Shown here: in pieces, positions 29,901 to 38,231 of the stretch
Layout: the number at the start of each line of letters is the position of its first letter
Position numbering within the stretch: the first letter of the stretch is position 1
Made by a program: the position numbers and the translations under genes
Notes under the pieces: model-generated
Databases searched by the model: none
What the model was told of the DNA's origin: nothing
Seen by the model: the letters and a program-made list of their open reading frames with translations, nothing else
Source of the DNA: Terriglobia bacterium
GTDB taxonomy: Bacteria; Acidobacteriota; Terriglobia; 20CM-2-55-15
NCBI GenBank assembly: GCA_965218585.1
Contig: CBDCLE010000005.1
Span: 96,001-160,000, forward strand
Direction: 5' to 3'
Length of the DNA stretch: 64,000 nt

Positions 29901-30398
29901 GCCGAATATGTCGCGTAGTTCGCCGGCGGCCTCTTCGGCCACGTCGTATTGATTTAGGAGCAGGTTGGCCGAGACCTCGCCATTCAGGCAACCGGAAAGA
30001 CCAATCAATCCTTCGCTGTGGGCGGCCAGGACCTCTTTGTCGATTCGGGGTTTGTAGTAAAACCCTTCCAGGTACCCCGTGGACACGAGCTTGATCAGAT
30101 TCTGATAACCGCGGAGGTTCTCGCAGAGCAGAATAAGATGGTGCGGGCGTGCGGTGCGTGGATCCCGATCATGACGCGAGGTCTTGGAAACATACATTTC
30201 GCAGCCAATGATGGGCTTGATTCCTTTCTTTCGCGCAGCCTCGTAGAACCCAACAGCCCCAAAGAGATTGCCGTGGTCGGTCACGGCGACGGCCGGCATG
30301 CCGTAATCGGCCGCCATCGTGGTCAGTTGGTCGTGATCACAGGCCCCATCGAGCAGGCTGAAGCCCGAGTGCAGGTGGAGATGTACAAAATCCGACAT
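26952..30398 (-). CDS. dnaE: DNA polymerase III alpha subunit
   Basis: FVHLHLHS..SLLDG (PHP domain), GPGRGSAAGSL, PDIDIDF and FAGYGFNKSH motifs; start set at MSDFVH. Confidence 0.96.
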   Translation of the reverse strand: MSDFVHLHLHSGFSLLDGACDHDQLTTMAADYGMPAVAVTDHGNLFGAVGFYEAARKKGIKPIIGCEMYVSKTSRHDRDPRTARPHHLILLCENLRGYQNLIKLVSTGYLEGFYYKPRIDKEVLAAHSEGLIGLSGCLNGEVSANLLLNQYDVAEEAAGELRDIFGPDRFFLEVQDQGLAKQRQIIPDMLRMADRTGIPAVATNDCHYMCQEDSRAHDVLLCIQTGKSVNDPNRMKFYTDQFYFKSHDEMAAVFGDYPELLTRTGEIAARCDLDLQPIDNPFPDFAVPPGFTVDSYFEKVVEDGFAQRLEHLKPLADSGELKYPIEEYEQRLQDEISIIQGMRYSGYFLIVWDLIRYSRENDIPVGPGRGSAAGSLVSYCMRITDLDPLQYGLLFERFLNPERVTLPDIDIDFCMNRRADVIDYVTRKYGRENVSQIITFGTMAARGVIRDTGRGMQMPYSEVDRLAKMIPAELNITLDKALAQNKDFKALVERDERVRDIVDVAQKLEGLARHASMHAAGVVISPRPLTDLVPLYKSSKDEIMTMYPMTDVEKVGLLKMDFLALTTLTVIDDTIKMLRSMESVDIDIDAVTLDDEKTYELFSNGLTSGVFQFESSGMKDILRRFKPSSIEHLTALNALYRPGPIGGGMIDDFIKRKHGTKKIEYLLPELKFILEETYGVIVYQEQVMQIANVLAGYSLGEADLLRRAMGKKKTEEMAAHRQKFLEGAKAKGFDNTKKIVKIFDLMEQFAGYGFNKSHSAAYAVLAYRTGYLKSHYPNYFMAAVLTSERGNTDKIVKYINECREMNISILPPDINTSDVNFTPAPDGIRFGLAAIKNVGETAIGSIAERKPFRSVFDFSERVDLRTVNKRVMESLIKAGAFDSLGLDRSSLYNSIDRVIEWGQKKQHEVEVGQGGLFAVAGDDESDASMLTPADAWPEALKLVHEKETLGFYITGHPIRKHLTQIASYANATTSTLSEKAPGSEIVIGGVIAHTRTMRTKKGNRMGVIGLEDLEGVVEVLVFPDTLEKTQEILTADNPVIVQGKLDSDESATRILATDILPIERALERLSTTVTVTIDGSMAPPDLAQQLLPMIEKKTGQAEIIFEIRYPDQYTAFVRPNPYLKVFPDEEFVHFVEEICGPDTVRCSR

Positions 30399-30411
30399 TA
30401 AGAAAAATCTA

Positions 30412-30491
30412 AACCGAGAGGCGCAGAGACGCAGAGGCCGCAACAAGAATAAAAAGGAACTGCGTTCTCTGCGTCTCTGCGTCTCTCGGTT
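30412..30491. repeat. Intergenic inverted repeat built from GCAGAGAC-type octamers (REP-like hairpin)
   Basis: AACCGAGAGGCGCAGAGACGCAGAG (30412-30436) pairs 24/25 with 30467-30491. Confidence 0.8.
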
Positions 30492-30518
30492 CGGTTCGAA
30501 CGATCACGATTCAATTCG

Positions 30519-32051
30519 TTATTCCCATTCAATTGTTGCCGGCGGTTTGGAGGTGATATCATAGACAACCCTGTTAACGCCGCGCACTTCGTTGACGATT
30601 CGGTTAGCGATCGTTCCCAGCAGATCGTAAGGAAGCCGCACCCAATCTGCCGTCATACCATCTGTGCTCGAAACAGCTCGGATCGCGACCGTGTATTCAT
30701 AGGTTCTGGAATCCCCCATAACGCCAACGCTCTTGACTGGGAGCAGAACTGCGAACGATTGCCATATTTCCCGATACAGACCTGCGGCCTTTATTTCGCT
30801 GACCAGGATATCGTCGGCCTCCTGCAGGATCCGAATGTTCTCGGGCGTTACTTCACCCATGATGCGGATTGCCAGCCCGGGCCCGGGGAATGGTTGCCGC
30901 CAGACCATTTCCTCCGGCAGGTCGAGCTCTGATCCCATCGCGCGCACCTCGTCCTTGAAGAGTTCCCTCAGGGGTTCGATGAGTTTCAAATCCATCTTTT
31001 CAGGCAGTCCCCCGACATTATGATGGGATTTAATCGTAGCGGAGGGTCCGCGCACCGATACGGATTCGATAACATCCGGGTATAAGGTCCCCTGCACCAG
31101 AAAGTCGACCGACCCCAGCTCCCGGGCCTCTTCCTCGAAAATGCGAATAAATTCGTTTCCGATGATCTTTCGTTTCTTTTCAGGATCTACGATCCCCCCA
31201 AGCAGATTCAAGAATCGCTCAGATGCATCGACACCGTGCACATTCAGGTGCAGGTTGTTTCGAAGCATCTCAAGAACTTTTCGAAACTCATCCTTTCGGA
31301 GAAATCCGGTGTTGACGAAAATACCCACCAGGCGGTCGCCGATGGCCCGTGCGACGATCGAAGCGGCGACGGTTGAGTCCACACCCCCGCTTATCGCGCA
31401 AATGACGCGTCCGTCGCCGACCCGTTCGCGGACACGGGAAACTTCTTCCTCGAGAAACGAGCCCAGGGACCAGCTTCCCGAGCAGCCGCAGATATCAAAC
31501 ACGAAACGGCGCAGCAACTCCGTGCCGTTTTCGGTATGCACGACTTCAGGATGGAATTGGACACCGAAAATCTTCCTTTCCACAGATTCCATCGCGGCCA
31601 TAGTCGCATCGCTTCTGGCGGTAACCTTAAACCCCGGTGGAGGCTCCAGAATGCGGTCTGCGTGGCTCATCCAGACTTTCTGAAGACCGTTCAGAAGAGC
31701 CGAGGACGCAACCTTCGTAAGGGTCCCATGGCCATACTCTCTGGCATCATCCGGCTCGATCCGTCCACCGAGATCCTTGGCGATGAGCTGCATTCCGTAG
31801 CACACGCCGAGAACAGGTATTTCCATTTCGAAAAGTGCCGGATCGAGGGACGGTGCATCGTCCTCATAGACCGAGCTGGGTCCGCCGGAAAGAATGATTC
31901 CTTTGGGGTTACGTTTGCGAAGTTCTTCGATAGGCGTATAGAACGGGAGGATTTCCGAATAGACATGCGTCTCGCGTATCCGTCGACCGATCAGCTGTGT
32001 GTATTGCGAGCCGAAGTCCAGGATCAGGATTTCCTCAGAGGTCGCTTGCAT
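30519..32051 (-). CDS. guaA: GMP synthase (glutamine-hydrolysing)
   Basis: [40 protein letters not shown] and KPPATIEWE motifs. Confidence 0.97.
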   Translation of the reverse strand: MQATSEEILILDFGSQYTQLIGRRIRETHVYSEILPFYTPIEELRKRNPKGIILSGGPSSVYEDDAPSLDPALFEMEIPVLGVCYGMQLIAKDLGGRIEPDDAREYGHGTLTKVASSALLNGLQKVWMSHADRILEPPPGFKVTARSDATMAAMESVERKIFGVQFHPEVVHTENGTELLRRFVFDICGCSGSWSLGSFLEEEVSRVRERVGDGRVICAISGGVDSTVAASIVARAIGDRLVGIFVNTGFLRKDEFRKVLEMLRNNLHLNVHGVDASERFLNLLGGIVDPEKKRKIIGNEFIRIFEEEARELGSVDFLVQGTLYPDVIESVSVRGPSATIKSHHNVGGLPEKMDLKLIEPLRELFKDEVRAMGSELDLPEEMVWRQPFPGPGLAIRIMGEVTPENIRILQEADDILVSEIKAAGLYREIWQSFAVLLPVKSVGVMGDSRTYEYTVAIRAVSSTDGMTADWVRLPYDLLGTIANRIVNEVRGVNRVVYDITSKPPATIEWE

Positions 32052-32907
32052 GTTCGGTGGTAGCTCCGTACCTCATGTCGCGGCGCATTATACCAATGGC
32101 TGAATAACGCACCAGAAGCATGTAGCTGTGGTTCACACTAAGGATGCTGGTCAGCAGGACCGCTCCTACGATCAGGCCTCCGACCGATCCGACTATCCGC
32201 ATGACCACGGCGCTTGCCACAGCTACCGTTAGAACGGCGGCGGTTTCCAAGAGCGCGAGAACTAGAACGATACCGACAACGCGGGACAGATCCAGCCCTA
32301 AGACCTCCACCGCGTCACTGCGGATGAGGGTCTCAAGGGTCATCAGGCAGAACGCCAGCGAAACCAGTACTCCAAGCCCCGCAAGCGCCGCCCAGCGAAC
32401 ATCTGGCCAGATCTGTTCCCATTCTCCCACGGGAATCGTCAAGAGTGGTCCCAGGGTAATCAGGGCAGTAAGGACCAGGCCGAAGCCCAGAATCGTGCGC
32501 CGTACGAGACCCACCCAGAGATAACGCTGGAAATGGTGGACGGCATCGGTCACAACCGCCTGATCCGTAAGTGGCAGCAACCCGCCCCGCACGAAAGCTT
32601 CGAGTAAAACCCATCCCCCAAAACAGAGCACGGCTGCGATGGCGAAGGTCTCAACCAGTACGGGCCAGTTCGCGATGATGGACTGAAGGATCCCGGCCGC
32701 CGCAACAGCCGGGACGCCGCTCTCGAGGGCCATGACATCGCTCCCTGTGAGCTGAACTTCAGACGCGAACCAGATTCCCGCCGCGCCAAACACAGCAACT
32801 GCCAGTAGAAGCCAGGTCAGTTTTGCAGCCATGTCGAGCACAACGAGATGGAGACGGCGTGAAGCGAAAACGAACCCTTCTCGGACGTAGGCCAGGGTTC
32901 GATTCAT
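32035..32907 (-). CDS. Hypothetical multi-pass membrane protein
   Basis: 290-aa hydrophobic ORF that overlaps its neighbours on both sides within the operon. Confidence 0.65.
   Translation of the reverse strand: MNRTLAYVREGFVFASRRLHLVVLDMAAKLTWLLLAVAVFGAAGIWFASEVQLTGSDVMALESGVPAVAAAGILQSIIANWPVLVETFAIAAVLCFGGWVLLEAFVRGGLLPLTDQAVVTDAVHHFQRYLWVGLVRRTILGFGLVLTALITLGPLLTIPVGEWEQIWPDVRWAALAGLGVLVSLAFCLMTLETLIRSDAVEVLGLDLSRVVGIVLVLALLETAAVLTVAVASAVVMRIVGSVGGLIVGAVLLTSILSVNHSYMLLVRYSAIGIMRRDMRYGATTEHASDL
32087..32095 (-). promoter_or_regulatory. Extended -10 promoter for guaA
   Basis: TGGTATAAT on the minus strand, 35 nt upstream of the guaA ATG. Confidence 0.55.
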
Positions 32908-33122
32908 TTTCCCGCTCTCTGGCTCGGAGCAAGCCGCCTTAATGCATTACAAGCTGCCAGTCGGACGTTGTTTGCCTCGATCCACATCCGGAATGAATCA
33001 GCATCCGTGTCCAGCAGTGCGGACGAGGCCGCGAGGAGTTCGGACAGTTCTTTGAAGAGAAGTGAACCGGGTCCGGCGATGGCGACACGGGTTGCTGTTT
33101 CCGCGTCACCTTCGAGACTCAC
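32904..33122 (-). pseudogene. Internally deleted aspartate-semialdehyde-dehydrogenase-like (Asd/Usg) gene remnant
   Basis: RVAIAGPGSLLFKELSELL resembles the Asd Rossmann start (xVAIxGAxGxxGxELxxLL). It is joined to FRMWIEANNVRLAACNAL, resembling the Asd C-terminal W..xDNxRxxAAxNA. Only 72 aa long. Confidence 0.6.
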
Positions 33123-33970
33123 GAAACGTCCCCACGCGATTCCGGGTGAGGTTCAGGGCGCTCCCTGGGCCGGGCGAGCCACCGCTGGACACTCTGGGAG
33201 ACTCTGGATACCGGTCCTGATCCCATGTAGGTTGTGGCAATGATCAGCAGGACGATCTCGGAATAAAAGACAATGAGACCGATCAACATTGCTGTTCCCG
33301 CGAGCGCGCTCCGAGGCAGGGGTTTCTTCAGGTTGACTTCTTTGAAGCTGGGATAGCGAACGGTACTGATCATCAGAAAAGCCAGCATGGCAACCAACAA
33401 ACACCACAGCAGAGCTGAGCCGATTTGAGTAATTGGAGCTTTCTGAAAGTGTACGATGGCTGCGACCACACCGGCTGCGGCCGGAATCGGCATTCCGACA
33501 AAATCCCGCTGCCGTTTTGTGGAATCGCTTCCGTTGTGTGCGAGAACATTGAATCTGGCCAGACGGAGGGCACCCGCGATCAGGAAGCCGAACGTTGCCA
33601 GCCACCCGAACTTGTATACGTCCTGGGCGATGTCAGCCGGAAGTCCCTGCAAGGAACTGATGCCCCAATTGAGGGCGAGCACTGATGGTGCAACCCCAAA
33701 GGTCAGCAGGTCGGCCAGGGAATCCAGTTCCACGCCAAAATCGCTACTCGTATTGGTCATGCGTGCGATGCGTCCGTCAAGCATGTCGAGGACGGCGCCA
33801 ACGCCGATGGCTATTGCTGCGTAGTCATAGTTGCCTTCGAGGCTGGAGGCCACCGAGTAATATCCGCAGAACATGTTGCCGATCGTGAAAAGGCTGGGAA
33901 TGATCGACAGGCCCGTCCGGACGCGAGGCCGGTCACGAAAGCGCTTCTTATTGAATGGTGCAGATTTCAT
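33119..33970 (-). CDS. pssA: CDP-diacylglycerol--serine O-phosphatidyltransferase
   Basis: PSLFTIGN, D.LDGRIAR...S.FG.ELDSLAD..FGVAP, RLARFN and F.GMPIP motifs. Confidence 0.93.
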   Translation of the reverse strand: MKSAPFNKKRFRDRPRVRTGLSIIPSLFTIGNMFCGYYSVASSLEGNYDYAAIAIGVGAVLDMLDGRIARMTNTSSDFGVELDSLADLLTFGVAPSVLALNWGISSLQGLPADIAQDVYKFGWLATFGFLIAGALRLARFNVLAHNGSDSTKRQRDFVGMPIPAAAGVVAAIVHFQKAPITQIGSALLWCLLVAMLAFLMISTVRYPSFKEVNLKKPLPRSALAGTAMLIGLIVFYSEIVLLIIATTYMGSGPVSRVSQSVQRWLARPRERPEPHPESRGDVS

Positions 33971-34584
33971 TCTGTTGGTACTCGTGGCCGCATGACAGCA
34001 ACCTCGGAACTACCTCCACGGACCTTGTCGCCAACCCGAACCCGGAGCTCCACGTCTGCCGGCAGAACGAGGTCTGTGCGAGAGCCGAACCGGATGAGTC
34101 CGAATTTTTCTCCACGCTCCAGAACGTCCCCTGCCTTCTTTCTGCACACTATCCGGCGTGCGACGACACCCGCGATCTGAGAACACTCTATCTCGAGTCC
34201 GTCCCCCCTGATCGTCAGCGTGTTTCGTTCGTTGTCCACGCTTGCCAGATCGTTGAAAGCGGCGCGGTACTTCCCTTTTCGGTATTGGACTTCCGTAATC
34301 TCTCCTAGTATGGGTGACCGGTTCACGTGTACGTTGAATATCGAGAGGAAAATGCTGATGCGTGTCCCCTCACCCTCTTTTTCTATTCTAACGACTCTGC
34401 CGTCGGCCGGAGACACAATAATGCCGGGGCCCGAGGGGATCTGGCGATAGGGGTCGCGAAAAAAGAAAGCAACGAAAGCCGCAAGTCCAATCAGGGCTAC
34501 GCCAGGGACGGTCCATCCAATCCAGAAGCTGAACACCGTGGCTGCTGCCAGGGGGCCAAGGAAGTAAATTGCGTCCTTTACCAT
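33967..34584 (-). CDS. psd: Phosphatidylserine decarboxylase proenzyme (short type)
   Basis: FFRDP, SPADG, IFLSIFNVHVNR, NER, QIAG..ARRI and FGS cleavage motif. Confidence 0.93.
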   Translation of the reverse strand: MVKDAIYFLGPLAAATVFSFWIGWTVPGVALIGLAAFVAFFFRDPYRQIPSGPGIIVSPADGRVVRIEKEGEGTRISIFLSIFNVHVNRSPILGEITEVQYRKGKYRAAFNDLASVDNERNTLTIRGDGLEIECSQIAGVVARRIVCRKKAGDVLERGEKFGLIRFGSRTDLVLPADVELRVRVGDKVRGGSSEVAVMRPRVPTE

Positions 34585-34617
34585 CGAGGTATTACCATAC
34601 GCACTTCATACAAGCAC

Positions 34618-35223
34618 ATGGAATCCGCCCAACTCAATCGATCTCCGGGAGAGGATACGATAGATCTCCGCGTGTTGGATATTGGCTGCGGAGAACACAA
34701 GATTGCCGGAGCAATCGGAATGGACGTCAACCCTCGAACCGCAGCCGACGTCATCCACGACCTTGACGATATTCCTTACCCGTTTCCGGACAACCGCTTT
34801 GATGAAATCATAGGCCGTCACGTTATCGAACACGTCGCCAATCCCACTGCAGTCGTCTGTGAGCTCCACCGGATAACGCGTCCTGGAGGGCTCTTGCGCC
34901 TGGTAGCTCCCCACTGGACGAATCCGGATTTTGCAACCGATCTTACCCACCGAAATCACATCAACAGCTATTCGTTCAGAAACTTCACCGAGGAATCGGC
35001 CGTTTTTCCCTTCTATACCGATGTCCGATTTCGTCAACGGAGCTGCCGCGTAACGGTTCCGAACCTCTGGAAAGCTTTCGGAGTGGAGTTTTTGATCAAT
35101 CTGGACCAGCGCTACAGGGGCCTGCGTTTCCTGAGGAAATTCTGGGAGCAATACCTCAACGCCTTTATGCGTGGAAAGGAAGTCTATTTTGAGCTTGAGG
35201 TCCTCAAGCCCGACTTGGACTAG
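34618..35223 (+). CDS. Class I SAM-dependent methyltransferase (Methyltransf_11-like)
   Basis: VLDIGCG, D..HDL..PYPF.DN.FD and HVIEH motifs; start at MESAQ because the longer ORF overlaps psd. Confidence 0.8.
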   Translation: MESAQLNRSPGEDTIDLRVLDIGCGEHKIAGAIGMDVNPRTAADVIHDLDDIPYPFPDNRFDEIIGRHVIEHVANPTAVVCELHRITRPGGLLRLVAPHWTNPDFATDLTHRNHINSYSFRNFTEESAVFPFYTDVRFRQRSCRVTVPNLWKAFGVEFLINLDQRYRGLRFLRKFWEQYLNAFMRGKEVYFELEVLKPDLD

Positions 35224-36401
35224 AGACCCCCGTCCTCGACGCTCCGCCTCGCCCCCAGACCCAGGGGTGCTGAGACGATAAACAGGAATAACATTAGAAC
35301 TTCAGAATCCCCAAAATTGAACTCGAAAAGGCCGGCGACGAGAAAGCCGGTGAGTGCGGCCATCGCCGAGAGGGCCGCAAATCGCAGCGTCGGATCCGCA
35401 GCCCTTTTCAGGGGCCAGAGTTCCCTGTACAGCTCGACGAAAAACCAGATAAGCATGACCAGGCTCAGCAGGCCTCGTTCTGCGGCGATCTGAAGGAAAT
35501 TGTTGTGCATGTGTCCGTAGTAAAAGCTTTCGGAGTTTTCGCCGTCGTAATATTCGAGAAATTCGGTAGCAACGCGCTGCGGCCCGACTCCCAGCAGTGG
35601 GTGGTCGGCCACCATCTGAAGCCCCACCTCGAGCAGCGCAAGCCGGCCGACGTCCGGACCGAATTCTTCTTCCAGGCTCATGGACAGTCGATGGTAGATG
35701 AGTGGTGAGCTGGCGATTGCTACTATCCCAACCGGTATTAGTATTGTGGCCAGCAATTTGCGTGGAAGAGTTAATGCAATAGTTGAGATGCCGGCTACGG
35801 CTCCGATCCAGACGCTGCGTGTAAAACTAATAATGATTCCAATTCCGATAATCGTTACGGGGCCGATCCAGCGAAGGCCAAGAAACACAAGGGAAGGCAC
35901 CGCAACGCACCACACCAGGAGTTGTTCTCCGCTGTAGGTCATCCAGTGGCCCATGAATCCGGTTGCCCGGGCCAGGACGGTGGGGTCGTCTTCGAGCGCT
36001 CCGGTGAGGAGAAACTCGCGATACGCGAGGCCGAACTGACCTACTGCCAGAGCCGCGCTGATAGCCGCCACGACGATCAGGGTCCCATAGGAGAGTTTTA
36101 TCCGTAGTGGAGTGGTTACAAAGTTTGCCGCCAGGAGCCCCATTGAAAAAAGAACAAACTTGCGGATTGCCGGAGCCCCGAGGCCGGGGTCGGTTGAGGC
36201 AACCAGCGAAAGCAGGGTGGTTGCCATGAATCCCGCCAGTGGCAGGATGTATCGCGGCAGATGGACGGGCCCAGGGCGAAACAGGGCCCAGGCGACGCAG
36301 GCCAGGGCGAGCAGTGTCTGTGAGGCGCGAATAGAGACCATGGCTGCAGCCGCGCTCGCCATGGTCAAACCGAAAATCCACGCCTCACTTCGTTCTTTCA
36401 T
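35220..36401 (-). CDS. O-antigen ligase family protein (WaaL/Wzy_C)
   Basis: RATGF, SFTRS.WIG, HPLLGVG and HMHNNFLQIAAERG motifs; multiple TM helices. Confidence 0.85.
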   Translation of the reverse strand: MKERSEAWIFGLTMASAAAAMVSIRASQTLLALACVAWALFRPGPVHLPRYILPLAGFMATTLLSLVASTDPGLGAPAIRKFVLFSMGLLAANFVTTPLRIKLSYGTLIVVAAISAALAVGQFGLAYREFLLTGALEDDPTVLARATGFMGHWMTYSGEQLLVWCVAVPSLVFLGLRWIGPVTIIGIGIIISFTRSVWIGAVAGISTIALTLPRKLLATILIPVGIVAIASSPLIYHRLSMSLEEEFGPDVGRLALLEVGLQMVADHPLLGVGPQRVATEFLEYYDGENSESFYYGHMHNNFLQIAAERGLLSLVMLIWFFVELYRELWPLKRAADPTLRFAALSAMAALTGFLVAGLFEFNFGDSEVLMLFLFIVSAPLGLGARRSVEDGGL

Positions 36402-36540
36402 GAAGCGAAGATTCTATTCGATATGGCTCGGATTCTCCGAGATTAACGCCAGATAGACGTCGTCCATTCGTGCGCGTGTCGTCGGCTTGAAGCCACACAT
36501 TATGCGACGAACGTCACGTCTATCAGGCTAATACAGGCCA

Positions 36541-36780
36541 CTACTGAGCAGTTGCCTGGGTCTGGCGGTACTCCTGGATCATGCGGCTCATCTGATCCTT
36601 CAAGTGGAGCTTTCTCTTCTTGATGTCGACTTCTTCGATCTGATCCTGGCCGGTCACATGAGGACGGCCGTGAAGTTCGCGGAGTTTTACGTCGTAGGAG
36701 CGGTGTTCTTCAACAAGGCGCCGGAAATCCGGGTTGTTGGAGAATAAGTAGTCCTTGATGTCGTCGTCTTTTGTCAGCAA
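36541..36780 (-). CDS. DUF465/YdcH-family coiled-coil protein
   Basis: FRRL.EEH..YD..L and IKKRKLHLKDQM motifs; AAGGAGG RBS before a TTG start. Confidence 0.8.
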   Translation of the reverse strand: MLTKDDDIKDYLFSNNPDFRRLVEEHRSYDVKLRELHGRPHVTGQDQIEEVDIKKRKLHLKDQMSRMIQEYRQTQATAQ

Positions 36781-36987
36781 GGCATTCCTCCTTCGTCAGG
36801 GCAGGTTTAGGTATGAACCCGTCACCCTAACACACGTTTCTCAGGCGATTCAAGAATTGAGGGGCAGTGACCCGTGATGGGCCACAAGTCAAAGATTCTC
36901 ATCTCGTTCCCTCGTTACTCACCGCCCATTGTCCGGGGAGCTTTGGTCTCCCAGTTCCTCAAACGCGTCGAATGCCACGGCTGTTTC

Positions 36988-37464
36988 TTACAGGCGTAGA
37001 TCCCGCTCCATCACATGGGCGTCTTCGAGCGGATTGGAATAATAGTTGTGGCGTTCGCCCGCGATGCTGAAGCCGAAGCGAGTATAGAAACCGATCGCTC
37101 CATGGTTGGACTTTCGGACTTCCAGCATCAGCTTCCGCGCCCCCTGGTTGCGTGACAACTCAACTACACGGTGCATCAGGGATGTGCCGACTCCAAGCCG
37201 AGCGTGGATGTTGTCGACAGCGATGTTGTAGATCTCGGAAATGCGGTCCGCCACGTGAAAGATCACGAAACCGGCGATTTCAGGGTCGCCGTCGACCTGT
37301 TCGGCTTCCGCGACGAGACTGGAAGTAAAACTGTCCTCTTCGATCAGGCGGTGGTAGGCGTCCAGAGACCAGTGAGACAGGTGCACCCAGGAACGCTCGA
37401 TTTCGATAATACGGTCGATGTCCTCGTTGCGCGCCTCACGCACGCTCAGGGAGATAGCTTTCAT
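36988..37464 (-). CDS. rimI: Ribosomal-protein-alanine N-acetyltransferase (GNAT)
   Basis: NIAV, LEVRKSN..AI.FY..FGF and R.NYY..P.EDA motifs; next to tsaB. Confidence 0.9.
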   Translation of the reverse strand: MKAISLSVREARNEDIDRIIEIERSWVHLSHWSLDAYHRLIEEDSFTSSLVAEAEQVDGDPEIAGFVIFHVADRISEIYNIAVDNIHARLGVGTSLMHRVVELSRNQGARKLMLEVRKSNHGAIGFYTRFGFSIAGERHNYYSNPLEDAHVMERDLRL

Positions 37465-37470
37465 CCTCTT

Positions 37471-38139
37471 TCAGCCCGGTCTGTTCACTTCTGCATCCGA
37501 AGGGCGAATGTATAACGGTTCCAGTGGCTCCCGGTTTTTACCGGCACTCATTTGAGCGATCGAAGCCGCCAGATAGGGACTCACCGCCGTTGCCTCCCAT
37601 TCAGCCCGCTCCTCTATTCCAGATCTGATCACGCCAATGCCGCTGCCACAGAATACGACTTGCCCCCCAGGCAGTTCAGACAGCCATTGGGCGGGTTGTA
37701 GCACGGTCGGTGCTCGCAATTCAATGAGTTCTTTGCCCTGGCGCCGGTACAGGGCGCTGTAGATTTCGCTCCGCCGTGCGTCGAAAACAGGAGAGATCAT
37801 GGCGTCTTCGGTCAGGACCTGCCATGCTGTGGCCGCCAGCGTGGAAACCCCTGCCGAGGTCTTCTTCTGGGCAAAGGCGAAACCCTCCATCGCTGCCAGT
37901 CCCACACGGAGTCCGGTGAATGAACCGGGACCCCGCGCGGCCGCAAAGACGTCGATCTGGGCCAGAGTCAACTCGACGTGATCGAAAAGAAATTCTATGG
38001 AGCGAAAGAGACGTTCAGAGTGCTGTATGGAATTTGCCAGACGGACTTCCCCCAGCACGATTCCAGCAGACAGAACGGCCACACTGCCGAAATCTGAACT
38101 CGTATCGACCGCCAGTATGTTCGAGGGTTGATTCCTCAT
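37471..38139 (-). CDS. tsaB: t6A biosynthesis protein TsaB
   Basis: ILAVDTS, HSE.L, GPGSFTGLRVG, DARR.E and P.YIR motifs. Confidence 0.92.
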   Translation of the reverse strand: MRNQPSNILAVDTSSDFGSVAVLSAGIVLGEVRLANSIQHSERLFRSIEFLFDHVELTLAQIDVFAAARGPGSFTGLRVGLAAMEGFAFAQKKTSAGVSTLAATAWQVLTEDAMISPVFDARRSEIYSALYRRQGKELIELRAPTVLQPAQWLSELPGGQVVFCGSGIGVIRSGIEERAEWEATAVSPYLAASIAQMSAGKNREPLEPLYIRPSDAEVNRPG

Positions 38140-38231
38140 GTGTTTCGATCGGACGCACCGGCTGACGAAGCCGGAGCTTGCCGTATTATAGTGGCTCGCG
38201 AGCTGGCCCGATCAGCTGGTGAAATTGTCCC

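Noticed and set aside
26952-30398. Intein or split in dnaE
   Set aside because: The length (1148 aa) is normal, motifs are contiguous, and no intein boundary motifs were seen.
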